A stretch of DNA of 33,042 nt from Burkholderiales bacterium (GTDB taxonomy: Bacteria; Pseudomonadota; Gammaproteobacteria; Burkholderiales; Burkholderiaceae_C): the NCBI GenBank assembly GCA_031419575.1, contig JANOLC010000329.1:1-33042 (forward strand), read 5' to 3'. Shown piece by piece: positions 24,983 through 33,042 of this stretch. Numbering within the stretch: position 1 is the stretch's first letter; every line of letters starts with the position of its first letter. A model generated the notes under the pieces. It was not told where the DNA came from. It ran no database searches and saw only the letters and a program-made list of their open reading frames with translations. Position numbers and translations under genes: made by a program.

Positions 24983-27409
24983 TCAGTTCTTGAACAAGTC
25001 CATGATCTTTTTCTTCTCGTCACTCGGCGGCAGGGGTTGAACAGCGGGTGCGCCACTGGCTTCAGCTTCGGACTCCAGCCCCACACTTCTGATGCCTGCG
25101 CCTTTGGCGTACTCATCGTAAAACCACTCGCCACCCACGTTGACGACACCTTCCGGCGGGGTGGCCTCTTGCACGGGTACGCCTTTGAGCGCGTGCTCCA
25201 TGAAGCTGATCCAAACCGGCAGACTCAAGCCACCACCGGTCTCGTTGCTGCCCATCTTGCGCGGCGTGTCGTAGCCAATCCACGTCACCGCCGCCAACGT
25301 CGGCTGGTAGCCGGCAAACCACGCATCCATGGAGTCATTGGTGGTGCCGGTTTTGCCGTGCAAGTCAGTGCGTTTGAGCGTGGCCTGCGCCTTGGCGGCA
25401 GTCCCGCAGCAGGCTACTTCGTGCAGCAGGCTGCCCATAATGAAGGCGTTGCGGGCATCGATGGTGCGCATGGACTCATTCAATACGGGTGCTTTGGTTT
25501 CCATCAAAATCTTGCCCCTCTGCTCGGTCACTTTGGTGATCAGCCAGGGATTGATACGGTAGCCACCGTTGGCAAAGACCGCATAGGCCGTCGCCATCTG
25601 CATGGGGGTCACAGAGCCTGCACCCAAGGCCATGGTCAGATAGGCGGGGTGTTTTTCTTCCTCAAAACCAAATCGCGTGATCCACTCCTGTGCGAATTGA
25701 GGCCCAACGGCCTGAAGAATCCGGATAGAAACCATATTTTTGGACTTGGCCAAACCCCGGCGCATGGACATGGGGCCTTCAAATTTGCCGTCGTAGTTTT
25801 TGGGCTCCCAAGGCTGACCGCCCGTCACCCCGGCACTGAAAAACAGGGGGGAATCGTTGATGACTGTGGCAGGTGTGAAGCCTTTTTCCAACGACGCAGA
25901 GTAGATGAAGGGTTTGAAACTGGAGCCGGGCTGCCGCCAAGCTTGGGTGACATGGTTGAACTTGTTTTTCCCAAAATCAAAGCCGCCGACCAAGGCCGTG
26001 ATACCACCGGTGCGAGGGTCCAGTGCGACAAAGGCACCCTCAACTTCTGGAAGTTGGGTGATTTCCCAGGTGTTCTTGACGGTCTTGCTAACGCGGATGA
26101 CTGCCCCACGCCGAATACGGATGTTGGCTGGAGCCTTGTCAGCCAAGCCTGACTGAGCTGGTTTCAAGCCCTCTCCGGTGATCTCAACGGATTCACCGCT
26201 CTGGCGGATCGCCCTAATTTTTTTGGCATCTGCCTCCAGCACCACTGCTGACATGACATCGCCGTTGTCAGGGTGCTCATCCAGAGCTTCGTCAATGGCG
26301 TCTTCGAGTTCTTGCGCACCTGTAGGCAGATCGACAAACTTTTCCGGGCCGCGGTAAATTTGACGGCGCTCAAAGTCCATGATGCCTCGACGCAAGGCTT
26401 TGTAGGCAACGTCCTGGTCAACCGCCTTGAGGGTGGTGTACACGTTGAGACCACGGGTATAGGTCTCATTGCCATATTGGACGAACATCAGTTGGCGCAC
26501 AGTTTCGGCAACGTACTCTGCGTGCACTTTGGTGTTGTCAGAGCCCACTTTGACTCTAAGTTCTTGCCGCTTGGCCAGGTCCGCCTCCTGCGCGGTGATG
26601 AATTTGTTCTCCAGCATTCGGTCAATGATGTGCAATTGACGCGTTTTAGCTCTTTTAGGGTTGACGATGGGGTTGTAGGCTGAGGGGGCTTTGGGCAGGC
26701 CTGCAAGCATGGCAGCCTCGGCGATGGAGATGTCTTTCAAGGGTTTGTCGAAATAGGCCTCAGACGCTGCGGCAAAACCGTAAGCCCGGTTACCTAAAAA
26801 TATCTGGTTCATGTAGATCTCAAGGATTTGATCCTTAGTCAGCATGTGCTCCAGTTTGAAGGTCAGCAAGACTTCATAAATCTTGCGCATGTAGTTTTTC
26901 TCGGACGAGAGGTAAACATTGCGGGCGACCTGCATGGTGATGGTTGAGGCACCTTGGCTTTTGGCCCGGCCCAAATTGGCCAAACCTGCGCGCACCATGC
27001 CCTTGTAAGACACACCACCATGTTCATAAAACTCGGAGTCCTCAATCGCCAAAACGGCATCAATCATCACTTTGGGGATGTCTTTGACGGGGGTCAAATT
27101 GCGTCGTTCTTCACCAAACTCACCAATCAAAATGCCTTCAGTCGAGAAAACCCGCAGTGGCAGAATAGGTCGGTAATCGGACAGGTCTGAAATGTCAGGC
27201 AAATTGGGAAACGCCACGGCCAGCGCAATCGCCACAATCATCAAAACGGACAACGCGCTGGCCAATGCAATGCCACCGGTCCAAAAGACCAGACGCGTTA
27301 AAAATCCTGTCAGGTCAGGCCTGACTTTTTTAACCGCTGGTGCTTTGGTCGCTGGCACTTTTGGGGCAAGCGGCGGGCTGTTTTCGTCAGGATTGGTGTT
27401 GGGAGGCAT
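24983..27409 (-). CDS. mrcA: Penicillin-binding protein 1A (bifunctional transglycosylase/transpeptidase)
   Basis: 808 aa. Glycosyltransferase-51 motifs (EDSEFYEHGG, GASTITMQVARN, RKIYE). Transpeptidase motifs SSFKP, SKN and KTGTTND. Classical position divergent from pilM. Confidence 0.95.
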   Translation of the reverse strand: MPPNTNPDENSPPLAPKVPATKAPAVKKVRPDLTGFLTRLVFWTGGIALASALSVLMIVAIALAVAFPNLPDISDLSDYRPILPLRVFSTEGILIGEFGEERRNLTPVKDIPKVMIDAVLAIEDSEFYEHGGVSYKGMVRAGLANLGRAKSQGASTITMQVARNVYLSSEKNYMRKIYEVLLTFKLEHMLTKDQILEIYMNQIFLGNRAYGFAAASEAYFDKPLKDISIAEAAMLAGLPKAPSAYNPIVNPKRAKTRQLHIIDRMLENKFITAQEADLAKRQELRVKVGSDNTKVHAEYVAETVRQLMFVQYGNETYTRGLNVYTTLKAVDQDVAYKALRRGIMDFERRQIYRGPEKFVDLPTGAQELEDAIDEALDEHPDNGDVMSAVVLEADAKKIRAIRQSGESVEITGEGLKPAQSGLADKAPANIRIRRGAVIRVSKTVKNTWEITQLPEVEGAFVALDPRTGGITALVGGFDFGKNKFNHVTQAWRQPGSSFKPFIYSASLEKGFTPATVINDSPLFFSAGVTGGQPWEPKNYDGKFEGPMSMRRGLAKSKNMVSIRILQAVGPQFAQEWITRFGFEEEKHPAYLTMALGAGSVTPMQMATAYAVFANGGYRINPWLITKVTEQRGKILMETKAPVLNESMRTIDARNAFIMGSLLHEVACCGTAAKAQATLKRTDLHGKTGTTNDSMDAWFAGYQPTLAAVTWIGYDTPRKMGSNETGGGLSLPVWISFMEHALKGVPVQEATPPEGVVNVGGEWFYDEYAKGAGIRSVGLESEAEASGAPAVQPLPPSDEKKKIMDLFKN

Positions 27410-27688
27410 AAAGAAATCTGTGGAATACCGATAACATTATAAAAAGATGCGTATGTTCGCGGAGTTATCAAGCTTCAGGGGGGCTGAACTCGTTGCAGCG
27501 GCTTATCTATTGAGTGTCAGATTGTGTGTTTGGTGCGGTTGTTGGCGAGCTTAAAGCGTCTGCTTTTGACAACGCTTCAGGACCCGTAAAATGGAAAAAA
27601 CCTTTGCGGGACAATGCGCTTACTGATAGCATTCAAGTGAAGTCTTAAGTTTCGCCGGTTCTCAATCGGCTCGTATCAGGGGATAGTT

Positions 27689-28768
27689 TTGATCTCATTG
27701 GGGTCGTTGTTCAGCCGCCAACCAGTGCCTATGCTGGGCTTGGATATCAGCTCGTCCAGTGTCAAACTGGTGGAGTTGAGCCGTGACAAGGCAGGCCAGC
27801 TGGTTCTGGATCGATGCGCCATCGAGCCCTTGGAGCGCGGGTGGATCACGGACGGAAACATTGAAAAATTCGATGAAGTGGCCGAGGCTGTGCGCCGCTT
27901 GGTGAAAAAAAGCGGCACCAAAACCAAAAACGTTGCCATGGCCTTGCCCCCATCGGCTGTCATCACCAAAAAAATCGTACTCCCCGGCGGCATGACAGAC
28001 CAAGAGCTTGAAGTGCAAGTTGAAGCCGAGGCCAACCAATACATTCCTTTCCCGCTGGATGAGGTCAGTCTTGATTTCTGTGTGGTGGGACCTAGCGCTA
28101 CCTCGGCCGGTGATGTTGACGTGTTAATTGCTGCGTCACGTCGCGAAAAAGTGCAAGATATTCAAGGCCTTGCAGAAGCAGCCGGTTTGAGGCCAGTTAT
28201 TTTGGATGTGGAGTCCTACGCATCGCGCTTGGCAACCGCCCGTTTGATTGAAAACTTGCCCAACAAAGGCGTGAGCACTATCGTGGCTCTGTTTGAGGTG
28301 GGCGCCTTGACCACCAGCATGCAAGTCATTCGCGACGACGAGGTTTTGTACGATCGTGATCAAGCTTTTGGCGGTGCTCAGCTCACGCAATTGATCGTGC
28401 GGCACTATGGGTTTTCGCTGGAAGAGGCTGAGAGCAAAAAACGCAGCGGCGAGCTCCCTGATGACTATGAGTCCGGTGTGCTAAAACCCTTTGTTGAAAG
28501 TATGGTTCAAGAAATTGGCCGGGCTCTGCAGTTCTTCTTCACCAGCACCCCCCATAACAAAGTGGACTACATCATGCTGGCTGGTGGCTCTGCGGCCCTG
28601 CCGGGGCTGACTGAGGCGGTTTCGCTACAAACTACTTTCCCTTGTAACCTGGCTAACCCGTTTGAAGGCATGGAAATGGGTGACGGAGTTCGGCTGAAAA
28701 AAATGGCTCGCGAGGCGCCGTCTTACTTGACTTCTTGCGGACTGGCGTTGCGGAGGTTCCAGCAGTGA
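27689..28768 (+). CDS. pilM: Type IV pilus assembly protein PilM (actin-like ATPase fold)
   Basis: TTG start at 27689 preceded by AGGGGA. LGLDISSSSVKLVEL is the conserved N-terminal region. 359 aa. First gene of pilMNOPQ. Confidence 0.9.
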   Translation: MISLGSLFSRQPVPMLGLDISSSSVKLVELSRDKAGQLVLDRCAIEPLERGWITDGNIEKFDEVAEAVRRLVKKSGTKTKNVAMALPPSAVITKKIVLPGGMTDQELEVQVEAEANQYIPFPLDEVSLDFCVVGPSATSAGDVDVLIAASRREKVQDIQGLAEAAGLRPVILDVESYASRLATARLIENLPNKGVSTIVALFEVGALTTSMQVIRDDEVLYDRDQAFGGAQLTQLIVRHYGFSLEEAESKKRSGELPDDYESGVLKPFVESMVQEIGRALQFFFTSTPHNKVDYIMLAGGSAALPGLTEAVSLQTTFPCNLANPFEGMEMGDGVRLKKMAREAPSYLTSCGLALRRFQQ

Positions 28769-29418
28769 TTCTGATTAACCTGCTCCCACATCGCGAAGTT
28801 GCGCGCAAGCTGCGTCGTGACCGTTTCAATTTGTCTCTGGGGGCTTCGGCTCTGGTGGGGGGGGTGATTGCGGGTGGCATTTTTCTTTGGTTTCAAAGTC
28901 AGATATCAGTCCAAAAAGACAAAAATCAGGTGCTGACTCGTGAGATCAAAGTTCTTGAAGGTCAAATCAAAGACATCGCTGGTTTGGAAACTGAGATTGC
29001 CGCCTTGCGTGCGCGTCAGCAGGCAGTAGAAGATTTGCAGGCCGATCGTAATCAACCGGTTCATCTAATGACCGAGTTGGTGAAGCAGTTGCCGGATGGG
29101 GTCTATATCGCTTCCATGCGCCAGGATAATCAATCTGTGGCCTTGCAGGGCGTTGCGCAATCCAATGAGCGGGTTTCCGAGTTGCTGCGCAATTTGGCCA
29201 ACAACTCGCCTTGGTTCTCCAAGCCAGAGCTGGTTGAAATTGTGTCAAGCAGTGTCTCCGTTAGTGCGCGTGAGCAAAAAAGAGTGTCCAACTTCACTAT
29301 TCGTGTGCGTTTGTTGCGCGCCAGTGAAGTGCAAAAGGCTGCTCAAGCGGCCTCCGCACCAGCTCTAATAACAGCGGTTGTTCAGGCCGTCCCGGCGTCG
29401 GGCCCCGTTAAGAAGTAG
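28765..29418 (+). CDS. pilN: Type IV pilus assembly protein PilN
   Basis: Start set at GTG 28765, overlapping the pilM stop (GTGA), with GGAGG 8 nt upstream. N-terminus ILINLLPHRE is followed by one transmembrane segment and a coiled-coil region. Confidence 0.88.
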   Translation: MILINLLPHREVARKLRRDRFNLSLGASALVGGVIAGGIFLWFQSQISVQKDKNQVLTREIKVLEGQIKDIAGLETEIAALRARQQAVEDLQADRNQPVHLMTELVKQLPDGVYIASMRQDNQSVALQGVAQSNERVSELLRNLANNSPWFSKPELVEIVSSSVSVSAREQKRVSNFTIRVRLLRASEVQKAAQAASAPALITAVVQAVPASGPVKK

Positions 29419-29429
29419 TGAGCAGCGTT

Positions 29430-30104
29430 ATGGCCACCAAATCATTACCATCATTTGACTTCGCCGCGTTTCAGGAAAAGCTGGCAAGTCAGTTTAGAAA
29501 CCTTGACCCCAAAGACCCTTCCATTTGGCCTGTAGTCCCCAGAAACTCCTTATTGATTTTGACGGGTGTGCTGGTTATTGTTGCCTTGTGGTTCGCATGG
29601 TTGACGGGGTCTGAGGCTGAGCTTGAAGCCGAAAAAGCGTCCGAGACAAAATTACGGGACGACTACAAAGTCAAGTTGGCCAAGGCTGTGAACCTTGATG
29701 TTCTCAAAAAGCAGCGGGAGCAGGTGCAGCAGTACGTGACCCAGCTTGAAAAACAACTCCCCAGTAAAGCGGAGATGGACGCACTTTTGTCTGATATCAA
29801 CCAAGCCGGGTTGGGTAGAAGCCTTCAATTTGATTTGTTTCGGCCTGGGCAAATTGCAGTTAAAGATTACTACGCCGAGTTACCCATTTCGATTCGTGTG
29901 ACGGGTCGGTACCATGATATGGGTGCTTTTGCGGCAGATATTGCTAATCTATCGCGAATCGTGACCCTGAACAACCTTAACCTGACACCAGGGCGTGACA
30001 ACACCTTGGCGATGGACGCCACGGCCAAGACATTTCGCTACCTAGATTCGAATGAGGTCGCTGCCCAAAGTAAGGCAACTGCTGCCAAAGGGGTGAAAAA
30101 ATGA
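29430..30104 (+). CDS. pilO: Type IV pilus assembly protein PilO
   Basis: ATG 29430, with GTG 29418 as an alternative. Single transmembrane segment (LLILTGVLVIVALWFAWL), a coiled-coil region, and YAELPISIRVTGRYHDMGAFAADIANLSRIVTL, typical of PilO. Confidence 0.88.
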   Translation: MATKSLPSFDFAAFQEKLASQFRNLDPKDPSIWPVVPRNSLLILTGVLVIVALWFAWLTGSEAELEAEKASETKLRDDYKVKLAKAVNLDVLKKQREQVQQYVTQLEKQLPSKAEMDALLSDINQAGLGRSLQFDLFRPGQIAVKDYYAELPISIRVTGRYHDMGAFAADIANLSRIVTLNNLNLTPGRDNTLAMDATAKTFRYLDSNEVAAQSKATAAKGVKK

Positions 30105-30643
30105 TCACCTTGCGTGGTATATCTTTGTTGCTTGGCGTTGCCCTGCTGGCTGGCTGCGGTGCGTCCAGTGAAGACGAGTTGCGCCAATGGATGAATGAAC
30201 AAAAAGGGCAAATCAAACCCAAAATTGCACCGATTGCAGAGCCCAAACAATTTAAGCCAGAGACCTACGCCCAAGCTGGCGCATCGGAGCCCTTCAGTAA
30301 AGACAAGTTGACCCAAGCACTCAAAGGCGAGTCGACGCAAGCGGCTGCCAATGGCGCTTTGGTAGCGCCAGAGCTCGTCCGACGCAAAGAGGCATTGGAA
30401 TCGTTCCCCTTGGACGGTATGTCTATGGTGGGGAGCCTCGTGAAGGCAGGGCAACCGATTGCATTGGTCAAAGTTGACAATCTTTTGTACCAGGTCCGTC
30501 CAGGAAACTACCTTGGTCAAAATTATGGACGCGTGTTGAAAATTGCCGAAACCGAAATCACGTTGCGTGAAATTGTGCAAGACGCTGTCGGCGAGTGGAT
30601 TGAACGACCTGCGGCATTGCAGCTGCAAGAGAGATCAAAATGA
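30101..30643 (+). CDS. pilP: Type IV pilus lipoprotein PilP
   Basis: The ATG overlaps the pilO stop (ATGA). Lipobox LLAGCG. The C-terminal beta-domain (VKVDNLLYQVRPGNYLGQNYGRVLKI) fits PilP. Confidence 0.85.
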   Translation: MITLRGISLLLGVALLAGCGASSEDELRQWMNEQKGQIKPKIAPIAEPKQFKPETYAQAGASEPFSKDKLTQALKGESTQAAANGALVAPELVRRKEALESFPLDGMSMVGSLVKAGQPIALVKVDNLLYQVRPGNYLGQNYGRVLKIAETEITLREIVQDAVGEWIERPAALQLQERSK

Positions 30644-32742
30644 AAAATCAAAACTTGAATGGGGCTGGACGCATGTGGCAACAGCTGTTTGTATTTGCAT
30701 CTTTGCTGTGCGCCATGGTCACAGCCCAGGCGCAGACGGCCATTGAGGCGGTCTCGGGCTCAATTCAAGGCGGGTCTGAAGTCATCCGCATCGATTTGTC
30801 ACAGGCTTTGACGGTTGTGCCCACTGGGTTTTCTATACAGTCACCAGCCAGAATTGCGCTTGACTTTCCCGGTGTGACGAACAGTATGGGACGCTCAACC
30901 ATAGACATCAATCAAGGCAATTTGAAGTCCGTTGGCGTGGTTCAGGTTGGGGATCGTACGCGGGTCGTTCTCAACCTTAAGCAAGCAACCGCCTACAAGG
31001 CGCAATTGCAGGGCAAATCATTGTTGGTTGTGTTGGATGCCGTGGTTGGGGCTGCACCAGCCATGACGGCTGCGCCAACGTTTTCAGACAACCAAAATCG
31101 TGACACCTTGCCTCTGAAAGATCTTGACTTCCGACGTGGCGCGGAAGGTTCAGGTCGGATTATTGTTGCGCTGCCAAATAACCAAGTGGGCGTAGATATT
31201 CGGCAACAAGGGCAGACATTGGTCGTTGAATTTATGAAATCAACATTGCCCGAAGGCTTACGTCGTCGACTGGATGTTGCTGATTTTGGAACACCTGTTC
31301 AGTCAGTGACAACGTTCCAGACTGGGGACAGGGTTCGCATGGTCATTGAACCCAAAGGCGCTTGGGAACACAGTGCGTATCAAAGTGACGAGCAGTTTGT
31401 TATTGAAGTCAAACAGCAAAAAATTGATCCCACCAAATTAACCCAAGGTGTTGGTTTTACTGGTCAAAAGTTGTCGCTTAATTTCCAAAACATCGAGGTT
31501 CGATCTCTGTTACAAGTCATTGCGGATTTCACCAACTTCAATATTGTCACGTCCGACTCGGTGTCGGGTGCTGTGACGTTGCGGTTACAGGACGTGCCAT
31601 GGGATCAAGCGCTTGAAATCATCCTGCAAGCCAAGGGACTCGGTGTCAAGAAGAGTGGAAACGTTTTGTGGATCGCACCGCGGGACGAAATTGCAGCCAA
31701 GGAAAAACTTGAGCGTGAGTCCAGTGTTGCTTTGGAAGGTCTTGAGCCTTTGCGGACGCAATCATTTCAAATGAACTACACAAAAGCAGTCGAAGTCGCG
31801 ACTAGCCTTACCGGGGGGGGCGGTGCCGCTGGTGGTGCACGAATATTGAGCAGTCGCGGTAGCGTCATAGCGGAGGCGCGCACAAATCAGCTTTTTGTGA
31901 CTGACGTATCGAGCAAACTTGAGCAAGTTCAACAACTGCTGACCAAGCTTGACGTCGCGGTGAGGCAAGTGTTGATTGAAGCTCGCATCGTTGAGGCTTC
32001 CGACACCTTTGGCAAATCGTTAGGCGTGAGGCTTGGTGGTGGCACAAATGGTGCAGTACCTTTGGCGACAGGTAATAACGGATCTGTGTTGAATGGTTCC
32101 CTAGGAGCAAGCTATACCGATGGTGCGTCCGGGACTACGTCAGGTAGTTTTGTCAACTTGCCAGCTGTTGGTCAAAACGGTTACAACCCGGCAAGTGTGG
32201 CACTTTCAATTTTCGGCGAGGCCGCTGGCAGGTTCTTGAATCTTGAGATCCAAGCCTTGGAAGCAGATGGTAAAGGCAAGGTAGTTTCAAGCCCCAGGGT
32301 CGTTACCGCCGATCAAGCCAAAGCTCTGATTGAGCAGGGTACGGAGCTTCCATATCAAGTGGCGACGTCGAGTGGTGCAACATCGATCGCGTTCCGCAAA
32401 GCCAACTTATCGCTTTCTGTGACGCCACAGATTACGCCTGAGGGTAATGTTATTTTGGACTTGGACATCAGCAAAGATACCGTAGGACAGGCAACCGCTG
32501 CTGGTTTTGCCATTGATACGAAACACATCAAGACCCAAGTCCTAGTCGAGAATGGTGGTACTGTTGTGATAGGCGGTATTTTTACATTGGATGAAACCGA
32601 CAATGAAACGAGAGTTCCGGTCTTGGGTGAATTGCCTGTCGTAGGTAATTTGTTCAAAACAAGATCACGCACTTCTACGAAGCGTGAAATGCTGGTTTTC
32701 ATTACTCCAAAAATGATTTCAGACAAAACTGGTGTGCGTTAA
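30640..32742 (+). CDS. pilQ: Type IV pilus secretin PilQ
   Basis: The ATG overlaps the pilP stop. Signal peptide, two AMIN-like N-terminal repeats, and a secretin C-terminal domain (VLIEARIVEA, VPVLGELPVVGNLFK, EMLVFITPKMI). 700 aa. Confidence 0.95.
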   Translation: MKNQNLNGAGRMWQQLFVFASLLCAMVTAQAQTAIEAVSGSIQGGSEVIRIDLSQALTVVPTGFSIQSPARIALDFPGVTNSMGRSTIDINQGNLKSVGVVQVGDRTRVVLNLKQATAYKAQLQGKSLLVVLDAVVGAAPAMTAAPTFSDNQNRDTLPLKDLDFRRGAEGSGRIIVALPNNQVGVDIRQQGQTLVVEFMKSTLPEGLRRRLDVADFGTPVQSVTTFQTGDRVRMVIEPKGAWEHSAYQSDEQFVIEVKQQKIDPTKLTQGVGFTGQKLSLNFQNIEVRSLLQVIADFTNFNIVTSDSVSGAVTLRLQDVPWDQALEIILQAKGLGVKKSGNVLWIAPRDEIAAKEKLERESSVALEGLEPLRTQSFQMNYTKAVEVATSLTGGGGAAGGARILSSRGSVIAEARTNQLFVTDVSSKLEQVQQLLTKLDVAVRQVLIEARIVEASDTFGKSLGVRLGGGTNGAVPLATGNNGSVLNGSLGASYTDGASGTTSGSFVNLPAVGQNGYNPASVALSIFGEAAGRFLNLEIQALEADGKGKVVSSPRVVTADQAKALIEQGTELPYQVATSSGATSIAFRKANLSLSVTPQITPEGNVILDLDISKDTVGQATAAGFAIDTKHIKTQVLVENGGTVVIGGIFTLDETDNETRVPVLGELPVVGNLFKTRSRTSTKREMLVFITPKMISDKTGVR

Positions 32743-32784
32743 AAATTGGTGCCATCTGTTTTTTCTGAATCAGGCTCCAGCTAT

Positions 32785-33042
32785 TTGATTGTTAGCCTAG
32801 TAGGATTGCCTGGGTCGGGTAAATCCACAGTCGGTCGCCAGCTTGCACGGAGAATTCAGCTTCCCTTTTTTGATTCTGACCATGCTATCGAAACACAGCT
32901 CGGTTGCTCCATTCGTGAGTATTTTGAGCGCGAAGGCGAAGATCGTTTTCGTGATGTCGAAGAATCGGTGATCAACGACCTGACGAGCAATCATCATGGG
33001 GTAGTTTCAACAGGTGGGGGTTCCGTTTTGCGTGCGGTAAAT
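32785..33042 (+). CDS. aroK: Shikimate kinase, 5' part (continues past the window edge)
   Basis: Hand translation gives (L)IVSLVGLPGSGKSTVGRQLARRIQLPFFDSDHAIE...VSTGGGSVLRAVN, open to position 33042. Walker A motif GLPGSGKST. Classical pilQ-aroK synteny. The start is uncertain: TTG 32785 is listed, but in-frame GTG 32749 or TTG 32746 are also possible. Confidence 0.85.
   Translation, partial: MIVSLVGLPGSGKSTVGRQLARRIQLPFFDSDHAIETQLGCSIREYFEREGEDRFRDVEESVINDLTSNHHGVVSTGGGSVLRAVN

Noticed and set aside
25037-26152. 371-aa ORF antisense to mrcA
   Set aside because: The opposite strand is canonical PBP1A. This ORF is a shadow ORF.
27447-27554. 35-codon ORF in the mrcA-pilM intergenic region
   Set aside because: No Shine-Dalgarno sequence and a Cys/Trp-rich, improbable product. 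Likely chance. The region more plausibly holds the divergent promoters.
27566-27592. TTGACA ... TAAAAT as the pilM promoter
   Set aside because: The hexamers are good, but the spacer is only 15 nt, which is outside the usual 16-19 nt. It is not reported as a feature.
1-33042. Search for CRISPR arrays, tRNA/rRNA genes, IS elements, integrases, toxin-antitoxin pairs or defence-system genes
   Set aside because: I found no regularly spaced direct repeats, no cloverleaf-like or rRNA-like segments, and no ORFs with transposase, integrase or known defence-protein signatures by eye. tRNAscan, Infernal and defence-finder runs would be the formal check.

Overview
This 33-kb segment looks like chromosome from a high-GC betaproteobacterium. 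Gene order and protein sequences suggest Burkholderiales or Comamonadaceae, but that is inference and no search was run. Most of the window is housekeeping.

Gene content, in order:
- A partial GST-like gene and a GcvT/DmdA-family aminomethyltransferase.
- An SOS-regulated imuA-imuB-dnaE2 mutagenesis cassette with a LexA box.
- Choline-sulfatase, a PfkB-type adenosine kinase, and a frameshifted PlsC-type acyltransferase.
- An envelope/LPS-remodelling neighbourhood. It holds a small membrane protein, a BNR sialidase-like protein and a polytopic membrane protein, convergent with a metK-GT9-GtrA-GT39 string. Two lpxL-type acyltransferases follow.
- engB, cytochrome c4, msrPQ, lysA with an lptM-like lipoprotein, cyaY, mrcA (PBP1A), pilMNOPQ and the start of aroK.

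I saw no rRNA, tRNA, CRISPR array, IS element or phage genes.

The most unusual signal is a short AT-rich repeat family that I do not recognise. Its fixed architecture is wTGCT-N11-AGCrA-N14-ACGGGGACTT. There are five clear copies and one degenerate copy. Most are embedded in-frame inside conserved genes: imuB twice, possibly dnaE2, the GT39 glycosyltransferase, and the 3' end of msrQ, where the repeat supplies the stop codon. This resembles Rickettsia-palindromic-element behaviour.

Secondary points:
- The small membrane protein and the BNR protein resemble a two-component Kdo hydrolase (KdoH1/KdoH2).
- The acyltransferase carries a 1-nt frameshift.
- pilN and pilQ each contain a G8 tract.
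- GC content varies strongly, from the GC-rich imu cassette to the GC-poor pil operon.
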